Source of the DNA: Haloferacaceae archaeon
GTDB lineage: Archaea > Halobacteriota > Halobacteria > Halobacteriales > Haloferacaceae
Reading direction: 5' to 3'
Length of the DNA stretch: 40,090 bases
NCBI GenBank assembly: GCA_036625675.1
Contig: JAZKTH010000001.1
Span: 1 to 40,090 of the forward strand
Position numbers and translations under genes: made by a program. Below the pieces are notes generated by a model that saw nothing but the letters and a program-made list of their open reading frames with translations, did not search any database and was not told the origin of the DNA. Positions 28,144 through 37,558 of this stretch are shown piece by piece (the first letter of the stretch is position 1; each line of letters starts with the position of its first letter).

Positions 28144-29406
28144 TCATTCCCCGGCGTTCCCGTCGTCCCCCTCGTCCTCGTCCGGCAGCGAGATCAAGTT
28201 CTCCCGACCGAGCCGCAGCTTCTCGACGCGTTCCGCCTCCGCCATCGACGAGAGGAGCTGCGACACCTTCGCGTCCGACCAGCCGGTCTCCTCGACGATC
28301 GCCGCCTGGCGCATCCGGCCGCCGTTGCGTTCGATCAGGCGCTCGACCCGTTCCTCGTCGGAGAGCAGCGAAAGGTCCTCGGATTCCTCGGCGCCGGCGT
28401 CCCCGGACGTCGACTCCTCCGCCGAGGAGGCAGCGGAATCGCCAGGGGCACCGTCGCGGGAGTCGACCGTCGGCACCGCGGCGTCGGCCGGCTCGGCCCC
28501 GCCGGCGGGCGTTCGGCGGCGGTAAAGCAGCGCGGCGGCCAGGATCACGGCTCCGATCAGGAACGCGCCGCCCAGGAGTTCCCAGTCGGACTCGTCCGGC
28601 GCGGTGGGCGTCGGCGTCGGGGAGACCGGCGAGGGATCGGTCCCACGGACGGGGCTGTAGGTGATGACGACGCGCTCCTCGACGGTGAATCGCTGGGGAC
28701 CCTCGATCCAGGCGTTTCCGTCGCGGATGTCCGGATTGACGCCCGGCGTCGTGTTCACCTGATAGCCCGACGGCGTTTCGATCACGAGCCGCTGGTGGTG
28801 ATCGAGGGAGCCGAGCCACGGCTCGCCGTCCGCCGTCGTGAACGCGTCGTCGAGTACGAGCCTGTCGTCCTCCGACGCGAGGAAGTTCACCCACGTGAAC
28901 TCCAGCCGGAGCCGCCCGGTCGTCCCGTTCCTGGCTGCGTGTCGGCGGACGTCGGCCATCGACATCCCCCTGGTGGTCGAATTGTCGGCGAGGGCGACGA
29001 ACCGCTCGAACGTCCCGGCGTCGATCGGCCCGTCCGCCGTCCCTCCCTCGAAGTCCTCCGCGAGATCGTCGAACGCCTCCACCTCCCGTTCGCTCTCGAG
29101 ACGGTACGTGATCGTGACGTTCCAGGTCGCGTTTCGGTCCGTTCGGAGAAGGATCCGTATCTCGGTCTCCGGCGGCTCGTCGAGTCCGGCGACGCTGGAC
29201 GCCGGCTGGGCCCCGTCGGGCGGACCCGTGGACGAAATCGGAGGCGCGGTCGACGGCCCGATCACGGGCGGGGAATCGCCGGCTACGGCCGGGGAATCGC
29301 CGGCTGTGGCCGCCGCCGAGGAGGGACCCGCCGCGGGGACCGACGGGAGCGCGCCGGCGACCGCGGCGAGGACGACGACCGCGGTCAAGAGGGCGGAAAG
29401 CCGCAT
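28144..29406 (-). CDS. Membrane-anchored protein with signal peptide, extracellular domain, TM helix and C-terminal winged HTH (DUF7345/DUF7343-like)
   Basis: Signal MRLSALLTAVVVLAAVAGA, TM LLGGAFLIGAVILAAALLYRRR and C-terminal LLSDEERVERLIERNGGRMRQAAIVEETGWSDAKVSQLLSSM...RLGRENLI. Confidence 0.85.
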   Translation of the reverse strand: MRLSALLTAVVVLAAVAGALPSVPAAGPSSAAATAGDSPAVAGDSPPVIGPSTAPPISSTGPPDGAQPASSVAGLDEPPETEIRILLRTDRNATWNVTITYRLESEREVEAFDDLAEDFEGGTADGPIDAGTFERFVALADNSTTRGMSMADVRRHAARNGTTGRLRLEFTWVNFLASEDDRLVLDDAFTTADGEPWLGSLDHHQRLVIETPSGYQVNTTPGVNPDIRDGNAWIEGPQRFTVEERVVITYSPVRGTDPSPVSPTPTPTAPDESDWELLGGAFLIGAVILAAALLYRRRTPAGGAEPADAAVPTVDSRDGAPGDSAASSAEESTSGDAGAEESEDLSLLSDEERVERLIERNGGRMRQAAIVEETGWSDAKVSQLLSSMAEAERVEKLRLGRENLISLPDEDEGDDGNAGE

Positions 29407-29579
29407 ATGCGGGACACAAACCGCCCCCGGGCAAAACGCTTTCCATAGTTCCGGAGACGGACGAAATCGCATCCGTTCCCCGATTCGAGGGAGGAAACGG
29501 CGTCTTCCCGGGATCGTCCCCGACCCGACGACCGCGCGTGGGAGGGTTTTTGTAGCATCGCGGGGAAAGCCGTCGTACG

Positions 29580-30944
29580 ATGAAGGCCCTCCCGATCCTC
29601 CTTTCGGTCCTCCTGGTGGTGGCCGCCGTCGGTGCGGGTGCCTTCCCGCCGGGGGAAAGCGCCACAGTCGGCGACGACGCCGACTCCCCGGTGCGGACCG
29701 CCGACTCCCCGGCTCCGACCGGGGACGGCCCCACTCCCACGGACGAACCCGACCCGACCGGCACCGCGATTGCGACATCCCCCGCTATCGAAGGACAGCT
29801 CGATCCCGCCGCCGGGAACGCCACGCGGGTGCTCGGACTCGCGGACGAGGAAGTGGAGCGAAGCGACATCCGGCGCGACAGCGCCGACATCGGCCCTGCC
29901 CTCAGTTTCGGCGTGAACACCACGGCGGCCGACCTCCGGACCGAGGCGATCGAACGACGGATCGAGGCGGCGAACACGACCGACGAACGCCAGCGGCGCA
30001 TCCTCGCCGAACTCTCCGAAATAGAGCAGCAGGAAGTGACGCTGAATCAGCGGGAAAGGGCCGCCGTCGACGCGTACGCCGCGGGCGATATCGACGCCCG
30101 CGAGCTGACGGTTCGGCTCGCCCGAGTGAGCATGGAGTCACAGCTCCTGCGCGAACGCCTCGGCGTCGTGCGCGAGGAGGCGGAGGAGACGCCGGAGTTC
30201 AGTATCGGCGCCCGGGCCAACAACCTCGACTTCAAGCTGCGAACGTACGACGGCCCGGTCCGAGATCACGTGAGGAGGGTGCTGACGGGCGAAAGCCCCC
30301 CCGAGCGAGTGTTCGCGGAGACCGACGGCAACGGCATCGTATTGACGATGCTGGACGGCGACACGTACGTCCGCGAGGCGACGATGCCGAACCGCCGGGA
30401 CCGCTCGACGACCGGATCGATGACCCTCGAGACCGCCGAAAACGTCACGTTCACGAACTATCCGGGGATCGCCGCGACCCGGAAGGGCGCCAACTCGATC
30501 GGTTCGGCCGGCATCGTCATCGTCGAGGTACCCCACGACGCCGGCCTGTTGACGACGTACGTCGACGGCGGCAGCGAACGCGTGTTCAGGGAACACCAGC
30601 GGATCGAACTCGGAAACGCCACCGGATCCGAGACGGTCGGCGACGTTCAGGAGGGGCTCAACGTGACGGTCGACCGATCGTATCCCGGCGGCCCCGTCCG
30701 CGTGACCGTGCTCGACGCGGAGACCGACCGGCCGGTCGTCGGCGCCACCGTGACCGTCGGCGACGCTCAGCGGAGCACGGTAGTGGGGCCGACCGACGAC
30801 GACGGCCAGCGCTGGCTCGTCTCCCCGCGGGACCGGTTCCTGCTCACCGTCCTCGGGGAGGGGACGACGGTGGCGCGCCTCGAGATCGAGCCGACCGGGA
30901 CGCCACACCTCGAGCGGTACGAACCCGAAAACGAAACCGGGTGA
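29580..30944 (+). CDS. Secreted/cell-surface protein (DUF7096/DUF7094-like, coiled-coil plus C-terminal beta-sandwich)
   Basis: Signal MKALPILLSVLLVVAAVGA, Pro/Thr/Asp linker, helical region, YVRE..RR, LTTYVDGGS..VFREHQ and RSYPGGPVRV. Confidence 0.8.
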   Translation: MKALPILLSVLLVVAAVGAGAFPPGESATVGDDADSPVRTADSPAPTGDGPTPTDEPDPTGTAIATSPAIEGQLDPAAGNATRVLGLADEEVERSDIRRDSADIGPALSFGVNTTAADLRTEAIERRIEAANTTDERQRRILAELSEIEQQEVTLNQRERAAVDAYAAGDIDARELTVRLARVSMESQLLRERLGVVREEAEETPEFSIGARANNLDFKLRTYDGPVRDHVRRVLTGESPPERVFAETDGNGIVLTMLDGDTYVREATMPNRRDRSTTGSMTLETAENVTFTNYPGIAATRKGANSIGSAGIVIVEVPHDAGLLTTYVDGGSERVFREHQRIELGNATGSETVGDVQEGLNVTVDRSYPGGPVRVTVLDAETDRPVVGATVTVGDAQRSTVVGPTDDDGQRWLVSPRDRFLLTVLGEGTTVARLEIEPTGTPHLERYEPENETG

Positions 30945-31010
30945 CCGGTGCCGCGCGGGTCCGGCATCGAAATCCCCGGGTCGAAAACCGGGAAATCCGG
31001 CGGGGGCAGA

Positions 31011-31916
31011 TCAGAGTCCGTACACCCGCGTCGTCCAGAACTCCCGGAACGCGTCCGTCAGCGCCTCCCGATCGCGGCCGCCGACGTCGACGGCCGCGGT
31101 GACGTCGGCGTCCCCCTCGAGCCGCGAGAGCACCGTCCGTTCCCCGACCAGGATCACCCGGTCCAGGGCGTCGGCGTCGTGGTCCGCCAGCGTCTCCCGG
31201 ACGGCGTCCAGATGCGAGTCGATCTGTTCGTCGCGGCGGCGCTCGAACCGCCCCTGCGAGAAGCCGCCCTTCGAGTGGTCCGACATGACGTCGCTTTCGA
31301 ACCCCTCGAACGCGGCCCGCTCTTCGCCGTCGTAAACGCCGAAGGCAAACGAGTCCGACCGGACGAGTCCGAACGCGAACCTGCCGGTCGGGCGGAACCA
31401 CCGGTCGCGGAGCCGAAACGTGGCTTCCCAGGTCGCGAACGGCTCCGGCGGCAACGGCGGCCGGAGTGCGGCGGCGACGAGACCGGCGTCGTCGGCGACC
31501 ACCAGCGCCGGGGCGGCGTCCCGGACCAGCGGAGACCGGTCGCCCAGCGTCGCCGCGACCGGATCGGGAACCTCCCCCTCCGCGACGTACGCCGTCAGCG
31601 CGCCGTCAGGCGGGGCCTCGACCCCCCGGAGACGGTCGAGAACCGCGTCGAGGCGCTCCCCGCGACACCGCTCGCGCCGGCGGAACGACCGCCCGCCCGC
31701 GTCCTCGTCCGCCTCCGCACGTTCGACGCGGTCGCGGAGCTCCGCGATTCGATCCTCGAGCCGGTTGACCCGCTCTTCGGCCCGCTGTCGCTGGGTCACG
31801 GCGTCGCGTCGACGGTCGGATTCGGCCTCCATCTGCCGCTGAAGCCGTTCGTTCTCCGACTCGAGCTCCGAGATCCGCTCCTTCAGCTCCGCGCGGCCGA
31901 GCAGCCTGTCGAGCAT
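31011..31916 (-). CDS. Vms1/ANKZF1-like release factor (archaeal VLRF1) with N-terminal coiled coil
   Basis: HSKGGFSQGRFERRR catalytic loop, MLDRLLGRAELKERI coiled coil and FREFWTT C-terminus. Confidence 0.9.
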   Translation of the reverse strand: MLDRLLGRAELKERISELESENERLQRQMEAESDRRRDAVTQRQRAEERVNRLEDRIAELRDRVERAEADEDAGGRSFRRRERCRGERLDAVLDRLRGVEAPPDGALTAYVAEGEVPDPVAATLGDRSPLVRDAAPALVVADDAGLVAAALRPPLPPEPFATWEATFRLRDRWFRPTGRFAFGLVRSDSFAFGVYDGEERAAFEGFESDVMSDHSKGGFSQGRFERRRDEQIDSHLDAVRETLADHDADALDRVILVGERTVLSRLEGDADVTAAVDVGGRDREALTDAFREFWTTRVYGL

Positions 31917-31954
31917 ACCGACAGCCGGACGCGTGTGGACTTGAAACGAGGGGA

Positions 31955-32299
31955 TCAGGTGCCGGCGGCGGGCTCCCAGCCGGCGTACCGCAGGAGTTCG
32001 GCCGCGCGGTCGGCCTTCGCGAGGAACACCTCGCGACTCGTCGGGAGCCGCTCCTCGGTGTACGCCGGCGGAAGCGCGAGCGTCCCCGAGGGGACCCCGT
32101 CGTCGCCGAGTACGGGGAAATGTCGCCCGTCGAGCTTCATCACGAGCGGCGCGTCGAGCCGTTCGAGGCCCTCGCCGGTCGCGTACAGCTGCTCGTTGAC
32201 TCGCTCGTGGTCCGCACGGTTGAGCACGGCACAGTCGCCGCCGTGCGGTTCGACGTACATTTCCCCCAGGTAGTAACCGCTGGAGAAGCGCTCGAACAT
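31955..32299 (-). CDS. Conserved haloarchaeal protein (DUF5802-like)
   Basis: MFERFSSGYYLG..YVEP, ERLDAPLVMKL..HFPV.GD.GVP.GTL and EVFLAKA pattern. Confidence 0.8.
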   Translation of the reverse strand: MFERFSSGYYLGEMYVEPHGGDCAVLNRADHERVNEQLYATGEGLERLDAPLVMKLDGRHFPVLGDDGVPSGTLALPPAYTEERLPTSREVFLAKADRAAELLRYAGWEPAAGT

Positions 32300-32502
32300 A
32301 CTATGCGAGAGACACTCACACACGGTGAGTCATAAAGCTTGGCGAGAACGTTTATATCGTCGTGCAATTCGCCGATCGAGTCGGGCGGTTCCCGGGAGGT
32401 CGACACCCGCCAACCGGGCCGGGAAGCGACGCCGCGCGGCGAGAATCGGGTCGTCCCCGACGACACGTATTTGATGGTGTCTGTCGTATTCCCGCCCGAT
32501 CG

Positions 32503-33291
32503 ATGGCTGCGCACGACGACGTCCAGTACCTGGTCGGGTCACCGGTCCGGTCGCGGATACTCGAGGCCCTCCGCGAGGAACCGCTCCGTCCGACCGAACT
32601 TACCGACCGCGTCGACGCCACGCGAACGACGGTCCAGCGGATTCTCTCGGGGTTCCAGGAGCGGAACTGGGTCGTCAAGCGCGGCCCACGGTACACGGTG
32701 ACAGTCACCGGCCGGGGAGTTCTCGAGTCCTACGAGACGTTGCTGGAGGACGTCGAACGGGCGGCGAAGCTCGGGCCGTTCGCTGCTCACGCCGGGCCGG
32801 TCGCCGATCGCCTGCCGTGGGACGCCCTGGAGGGGGCACGCGTGACGGTCCCGGACGACCGGAGCCCGTTCGCGCCAGTCCGGCGGCTGGTCGAACTCGT
32901 CAGCGCGGCGGACGAGGACGACATGCGCGCGGTGTCCCCGATCGTCGCCGAGGTGTTCAACCAGGCGGCCGTCGAGTTCCTCGAGACCGGCGGGAGCCTC
33001 GAGTTGATCATCGACGAGGGGGTTCTGGAGGCGTCCCGGGCCGGGTTTCCGGAGGCGCTCGATCGCGCCAGGACGAACGGGTACGTCGACGTGCTCGTGC
33101 ATCCGGAGCCGCTGGAGTTCGGGCTCGTGGCGTTCGAGAACCGGGCGGTGCTGGGCGCCTACGACGACGAGAACAACGTCCGGGCGGTCGTCGAATCGGA
33201 CGCGCCCGGGATGGTCGAGTGGGCTACCGCCGAGTACGAACGATACCGGTCGCGGGCGGAGCCGCTGGAACGACTCCTCGAGGGAGGATGA
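32503..33291 (+). CDS. ArsR-like winged HTH transcriptional regulator (FilR1/DUF1724-type)
   Basis: YLVGSPVRSRILEAL...ELTDRVDATRTTVQRILSGFQERNWV...YTVTVTG, and C-terminal VVESDAP..VEWA..YERYR. Confidence 0.88.
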   Translation: MAAHDDVQYLVGSPVRSRILEALREEPLRPTELTDRVDATRTTVQRILSGFQERNWVVKRGPRYTVTVTGRGVLESYETLLEDVERAAKLGPFAAHAGPVADRLPWDALEGARVTVPDDRSPFAPVRRLVELVSAADEDDMRAVSPIVAEVFNQAAVEFLETGGSLELIIDEGVLEASRAGFPEALDRARTNGYVDVLVHPEPLEFGLVAFENRAVLGAYDDENNVRAVVESDAPGMVEWATAEYERYRSRAEPLERLLEGG

Positions 33292-33529
33292 GACGTCGAA
33301 AGCCGGAGGCGGCCGTCGGAGCGGGGGGCCGGGTCGACCGCCGGACGGGACCGTTCGCGCGATCGCTATGTCAGAGGTGCCGCGTCAGGGAGAGCAGGGC
33401 GACGCGTCCGTCGGACCCGCCCCGGCTCCTCCGGGAGCGCCGGCGACGGTATCGCCGTTCGCTCCCGTACCCGGACGAAGGGGCGGCGAGTACCTATACG
33501 TATCCGGCGACACGGGTATCCGGGTCGAA

Positions 33530-33556
33530 GACGTGTTACAGCCCCTGTAACACGTC
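33530..33556. repeat. Perfect 12-bp inverted repeat between convergent genes
   Basis: GACGTGTTACAG-ccc-CTGTAACACGTC. Confidence 0.8.
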
Positions 33557-33604
33557 CGATCGAACCGGGCCCCTCCCGGGGGAGGCGACGGCCCCGTTCG
33601 ATCG

Positions 33605-34126
33605 TCAGCGGTCGACGTCGACGGACTCGATGAGCGCGTCCTGCTTTGGCCGGTCGGAGCCGTCGGTCTGGAGGGCGCCGATGTCCTCGACGACGTCCAT
33701 GCCCTCGATTACCTGGCCGAACACCGCGTGCTTCCCGTCGAGGTGGGGCTGGGCCGCCAGGGTGATGAAAAACTGGGAGCCGTTCGTGTCCGGGCCGCGG
33801 TTCGCCATGCTCAACGTGCCCGGACCGTCGTGGCTCAGCTCGTCGTGGAACTCGTCGTCGAACGTGTATCCCGGGCCGCCACGACCGGTTCCGGTCGGGT
33901 CGCCGGCCTGGATCATGAAGCCGCCGATCACCCGGTGGAACGGGACGTCCTCGTAGAGTGGGTCCGTCCGTGTTTCGCCGGTCTCGGGGTCGGTCCACTC
34001 CTTCTCGCCGGTCGCGAGGCCGACGAAGTTCTCGACGGTGCGAGGGACGCGCTGCTCGTACAGTTCGACGGTGACGTCGCCGAAGTTCGTGTGTATCGTC
34101 GCGGTCGGGTTCTCCGGATTCTCCAT
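33605..34126 (-). CDS. ppiA: Cyclophilin-type peptidyl-prolyl cis-trans isomerase
   Basis: PRTVENFVGLA, FHRVIGGFMIQAGDPTGTG, LSMANRGPDTNGSQFFIT and HLDGKHAVFG. Confidence 0.95.
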   Translation of the reverse strand: MENPENPTATIHTNFGDVTVELYEQRVPRTVENFVGLATGEKEWTDPETGETRTDPLYEDVPFHRVIGGFMIQAGDPTGTGRGGPGYTFDDEFHDELSHDGPGTLSMANRGPDTNGSQFFITLAAQPHLDGKHAVFGQVIEGMDVVEDIGALQTDGSDRPKQDALIESVDVDR

Positions 34127-34257
34127 GGAGGGACTGCGGCAGCCACCCTCAAAAGGGCTCGCTTCCGGCCCGGGGAGCGGCTCCGCAGGGACCGAAAAGC
34201 CGGCGGCCGGCGGAGATGAGCAGTTTCTTTGGCCGGGATCCCCTTCGACGGACGGGA

Positions 34258-35562
34258 ATGCTGCTTTCGGGAACCGTGGTCGCCGACGCGGAGACGGTGA
34301 TCGAGGACGGCGCAGTCGTGACCGAGGGCAACCGGATCGCCGCAGTGGGGGACCGGACCGAGCTCCGCGAGCGATATCCGGACCACCGGCGGCGGACGTT
34401 CGACGTCGTCGCACCGGGGCTCGTCGGCGGTCACGTCCACTCGGTCCAGTCGCTCGGACGCGGGATCGCCGACGACGCGGCCCTGCTGCCCTGGCTGTTC
34501 GATCACGTGCTGCCGATGGAGGCGGGCATGGACGCCGAGGCGATGCGAGTCGCCGCCGAACTGGGCTACCTCGAGTGCATCGAGTCGGGGACGACGACGG
34601 TCGTCGACCACCTGTCGGTCCACCACGCCGAGGAGGCGTTCGAGGCCGCAGTCGAGCTGGGGATACGCGGCCGCCTCGGGAAGGTGCTGATGGACAGGAA
34701 CGCCCCCGACGGGCTGCGGGAGGACGCCGACGCCGCCCTCTCGGGGACTGAACGCCTGCTCGAACGCTACCACGGCGCCGCCGACGGACGGATACGGTAC
34801 GCCGTCACGCCGCGGTTCGCCGTCTCCTGCACGGAGGAGTGCCTCCGGGGCGCCCGGCGGATCGCGGACGCACACGAGGGGGTGCGGATCCACACTCACG
34901 CCAGCGAGAACCCCGACGAGGTGGCGACCGTCGAGGAGGAGACCGGGATGCGAAACCTCCACTGGCTGGACGAGGTCGGCCTCACCGGCGAGGACGTGGT
35001 GCTCGCACACTGCGTCCACACCGACGAGTCCGAGCGGGAACTCCTAGCGGAGACGGGAACCCACGTCACCTACTGTCCCTCCTCGAACATGAAGCTCGCA
35101 TCCGGGGTGGCACCGATCCCCGACTACCTCGGTCGCGGGATCAACGTCGCGCTGGGCAACGACGGGCCGCCGTGCAACAACACCCTCGACCCGTTCACGG
35201 AGATGCGGCAGGCGACCCTGCTCCAGAAAGTGGCGACCGGGGACCCGACCACCACGCCGGCGGGGACGGTCCTCCGGATGGCCACCCGCAACGGCGCACG
35301 CGCCGCCGGGTTCGAGCGCGTGGGCGCGCTGCGGGAGGGGTGGAAGGCGGACGTGATCGGGCTCTCGACCGACGCCGCCCGGGCGACGCCGGTCCACGAC
35401 GTCCGCTCGCACCTGGTGTTCGCCGCCCACGGGGACGACGTCGGGTTCACCATGGTCGACGGCGAGGTGCTGTACGACCGCGGAGAACACGCCGTCGACG
35501 CCGCCGGGATCCGAAAGCGGGCCCGGGAGATGGCGTCGGCGCTCGGCGATCTTGTAATATAA
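34258..35562 (+). CDS. Metal-dependent amidohydrolase (5'-deoxyadenosine / MTA-SAH deaminase family)
   Basis: PGLVGGHVH, LLPWL, ESGTTT, IHTHASE, LAHCVH, CPSSNMKLASG, ALGNDG and GWKADVI. Confidence 0.9.
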   Translation: MLLSGTVVADAETVIEDGAVVTEGNRIAAVGDRTELRERYPDHRRRTFDVVAPGLVGGHVHSVQSLGRGIADDAALLPWLFDHVLPMEAGMDAEAMRVAAELGYLECIESGTTTVVDHLSVHHAEEAFEAAVELGIRGRLGKVLMDRNAPDGLREDADAALSGTERLLERYHGAADGRIRYAVTPRFAVSCTEECLRGARRIADAHEGVRIHTHASENPDEVATVEEETGMRNLHWLDEVGLTGEDVVLAHCVHTDESERELLAETGTHVTYCPSSNMKLASGVAPIPDYLGRGINVALGNDGPPCNNTLDPFTEMRQATLLQKVATGDPTTTPAGTVLRMATRNGARAAGFERVGALREGWKADVIGLSTDAARATPVHDVRSHLVFAAHGDDVGFTMVDGEVLYDRGEHAVDAAGIRKRAREMASALGDLVI

Positions 35563-35596
35563 ATCACCGCATATTTTAGATCCCACATAAAAATAC
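35551..35596 (+). promoter_or_regulatory. AT-rich putative promoter/operator region of cooS
   Basis: CTTGTAATATAAATCACCGCATATTTTAGATCCCACATAAAAATAC within very GC-rich DNA, 75-120 bp upstream of the cooS ATG. Confidence 0.45.
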
Positions 35597-35671
35597 CGGC
35601 GCGTGCCTCGCCGTGAAAACGGTTGCATCCACTCATTAGTCGACGCGGACTACGCGTCGACGAGGGACGCC

Positions 35672-37552
35672 ATGTCATCACAGACAGGGGACGGGTACGA
35701 ACTGCCGGAGGATCGCCTCGAGGAGAGCCAGCCGCAGTGTCCGTTCGGCGTCGGGGGCGGCTGCTGCCGGATCTGTTACATGGGGCCGTGCCGGGTGACC
35801 GACGGACCCCACGGGATGGACCGCGGCGTCTGTGGGGCGACGCCCGGGACGGTCGCGGCGCGGAACCTCTACCGGGAGATCGCCGCCGGGGCCGCGAGCC
35901 ACGCCGACCACGCCCGCGAGATCGCGGAGGTCCTCGCGGAGATCGCCGACGGAGGACTGTCGGCGTACGACATCCAGGACCCCGAGAAGCTGGAGTCGAT
36001 CGCGGCCGACCTCGGCATCGAACCCGAAACGGACGAGGAGTCGGAGCTGGCGAAGCTCGTCGCGGAGGCCGCCATCGAGGACTTCCAGGGCGAGGGCGAG
36101 ACGCTCAACTGGCTCGACCGGATGCCCGACGAGCAGCGGGAGTTCCTCGGGGAGCAGGGGATCGAGCCGAAGCCCAGCGTCGACATGGAGGTCGCCCGGG
36201 CGATGCACCGGACGACCCAGGGCAACGACGCCGAGCCGGCCCACCTGCTGCAGGGCGCGCTGGAGGCGGGGATGGCCGACGGCTACGCCGGCCTCACGAT
36301 GGGCACCGACCTCCAGGACGTCGTCTTCGGACGGCCGCAGCCGGTCGAGACGGAGGCGAACCTGGGGACGCTCGAACCCGACCAGGTGAACATCGCGGTT
36401 CACGGCCACTCGCCGGTGCTCAGCGAGATGATCGTCGAGACGGCGGCGGAACTGGAGCCGGCGGCCCGGGAGGCCGGCGCCGAGGGGATCAACCTCGTCG
36501 GGATCTGCTGTACGGGCAACGAACTCGCCGAGCGGCGGGGCATCCCGCTGGCCGCCCACAGCAGCCAGGCCGAACTGGCGGTCACGACCGGGGCGCTCGA
36601 CGCGATGGTGGCCGACATCCAGTGCATCTGGCCCGGGATCGGCGACGTGATCGAGTGCCACCACACGAAGCTGCTCACCACGACCGACTACGTGCAGATC
36701 CCCGGCGCCGAGCACGTGAGCTTCGACCCCGAGACCGCCGAGGCGGACGCGAGGGAGATCGTCGAGCGGGGGATCGAGGCCTTCGAGGACCGGAACAGTC
36801 GACAGGAGTACGACGTGGAGATCCCCGATGAGCCGACCAGCGCGCTCGTGGGCATCTCCGACGACTACGTGCTCGATCTGCTCTCGACGGCGTCGCCGGA
36901 GGATCCGGTCGCGCCGATCGTCGACGCGCTCGAGTCGGGCGACCTGAAGGGGATCGTCGGGATCGTCGGCTGCCCGAACCCGAAGCAGCGCACCGCCGAC
37001 ATGACCGAACGGATGGTCGAGGGGCTGCTCGCGGAGAACGTCCTGCCGATCGTCACCGGCTGCATCGGCCACGTGACCGCACAGGCGGGCTACCTCGATC
37101 CCGCGAACACGGACGAACTCGCCGGCGAAGGGCTCGCGGAGGTGCTGCACGCGCTCGGCGACGCCGCCGGGCTCGACGGGCCGCTCCCGCCGGTGTGGCA
37201 CATGGGATCTTGCGTGGACAACTCGCGGATCGGAAACGTCGTCCGGGCGATCTCCGAGGGTGCCGGCGTGCCGACCCGGGAGCTCCCGGTGGCGGCGAGC
37301 GCCCCAGAGCTCATCGCCGAGAAGGCCGTGAGCATCGGAACCTGGGCGCTGACGCTGGGTCTGCCGGTGCACACTGCCCCGACGCTGCACATGGATCAAA
37401 GCGAAGAGGTGACCCGGATCATGACCGAGGACCTGAAGGGGATCACCGGCGGCTACGCGATCCAGGAGGAGGACCCGGACGCGGCGACCGAGGCGCTCGT
37501 GGAGGCGGTCGACGAACGCCGGCGGGCGCTGTTCGGCGAGCCCGGAGCGTGA
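35672..37552 (+). CDS. cooS: Anaerobic Ni,Fe carbon monoxide dehydrogenase catalytic subunit
   Basis: D/B-cluster Cys QCPFGVGGGCCRICYMGPC...GVCGA. C-cluster ligands HGHSP, GICCTGNE, DIQCI, VGCPN, TGCIG and MGSCVDNSR. Catalytic His (ASHADH) and Lys (EKAVSIG). Confidence 0.95.
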   Translation: MSSQTGDGYELPEDRLEESQPQCPFGVGGGCCRICYMGPCRVTDGPHGMDRGVCGATPGTVAARNLYREIAAGAASHADHAREIAEVLAEIADGGLSAYDIQDPEKLESIAADLGIEPETDEESELAKLVAEAAIEDFQGEGETLNWLDRMPDEQREFLGEQGIEPKPSVDMEVARAMHRTTQGNDAEPAHLLQGALEAGMADGYAGLTMGTDLQDVVFGRPQPVETEANLGTLEPDQVNIAVHGHSPVLSEMIVETAAELEPAAREAGAEGINLVGICCTGNELAERRGIPLAAHSSQAELAVTTGALDAMVADIQCIWPGIGDVIECHHTKLLTTTDYVQIPGAEHVSFDPETAEADAREIVERGIEAFEDRNSRQEYDVEIPDEPTSALVGISDDYVLDLLSTASPEDPVAPIVDALESGDLKGIVGIVGCPNPKQRTADMTERMVEGLLAENVLPIVTGCIGHVTAQAGYLDPANTDELAGEGLAEVLHALGDAAGLDGPLPPVWHMGSCVDNSRIGNVVRAISEGAGVPTRELPVAASAPELIAEKAVSIGTWALTLGLPVHTAPTLHMDQSEEVTRIMTEDLKGITGGYAIQEEDPDAATEALVEAVDERRRALFGEPGA

Positions 37553-37558
37553 GACGGC

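Noticed and set aside
33368-33550. 60-aa ORF in the convergent gap
   Set aside because: Pro/Gly-rich with no motif and no clear promoter. It ends inside the hairpin and is probably spurious.
35672-37552. Alternative call as hybrid-cluster (prismane) protein
   Set aside because: The CODH-specific D/B-cluster Cys pattern, the full His+5Cys C-cluster set and the adjacent cooC all favour CooS.
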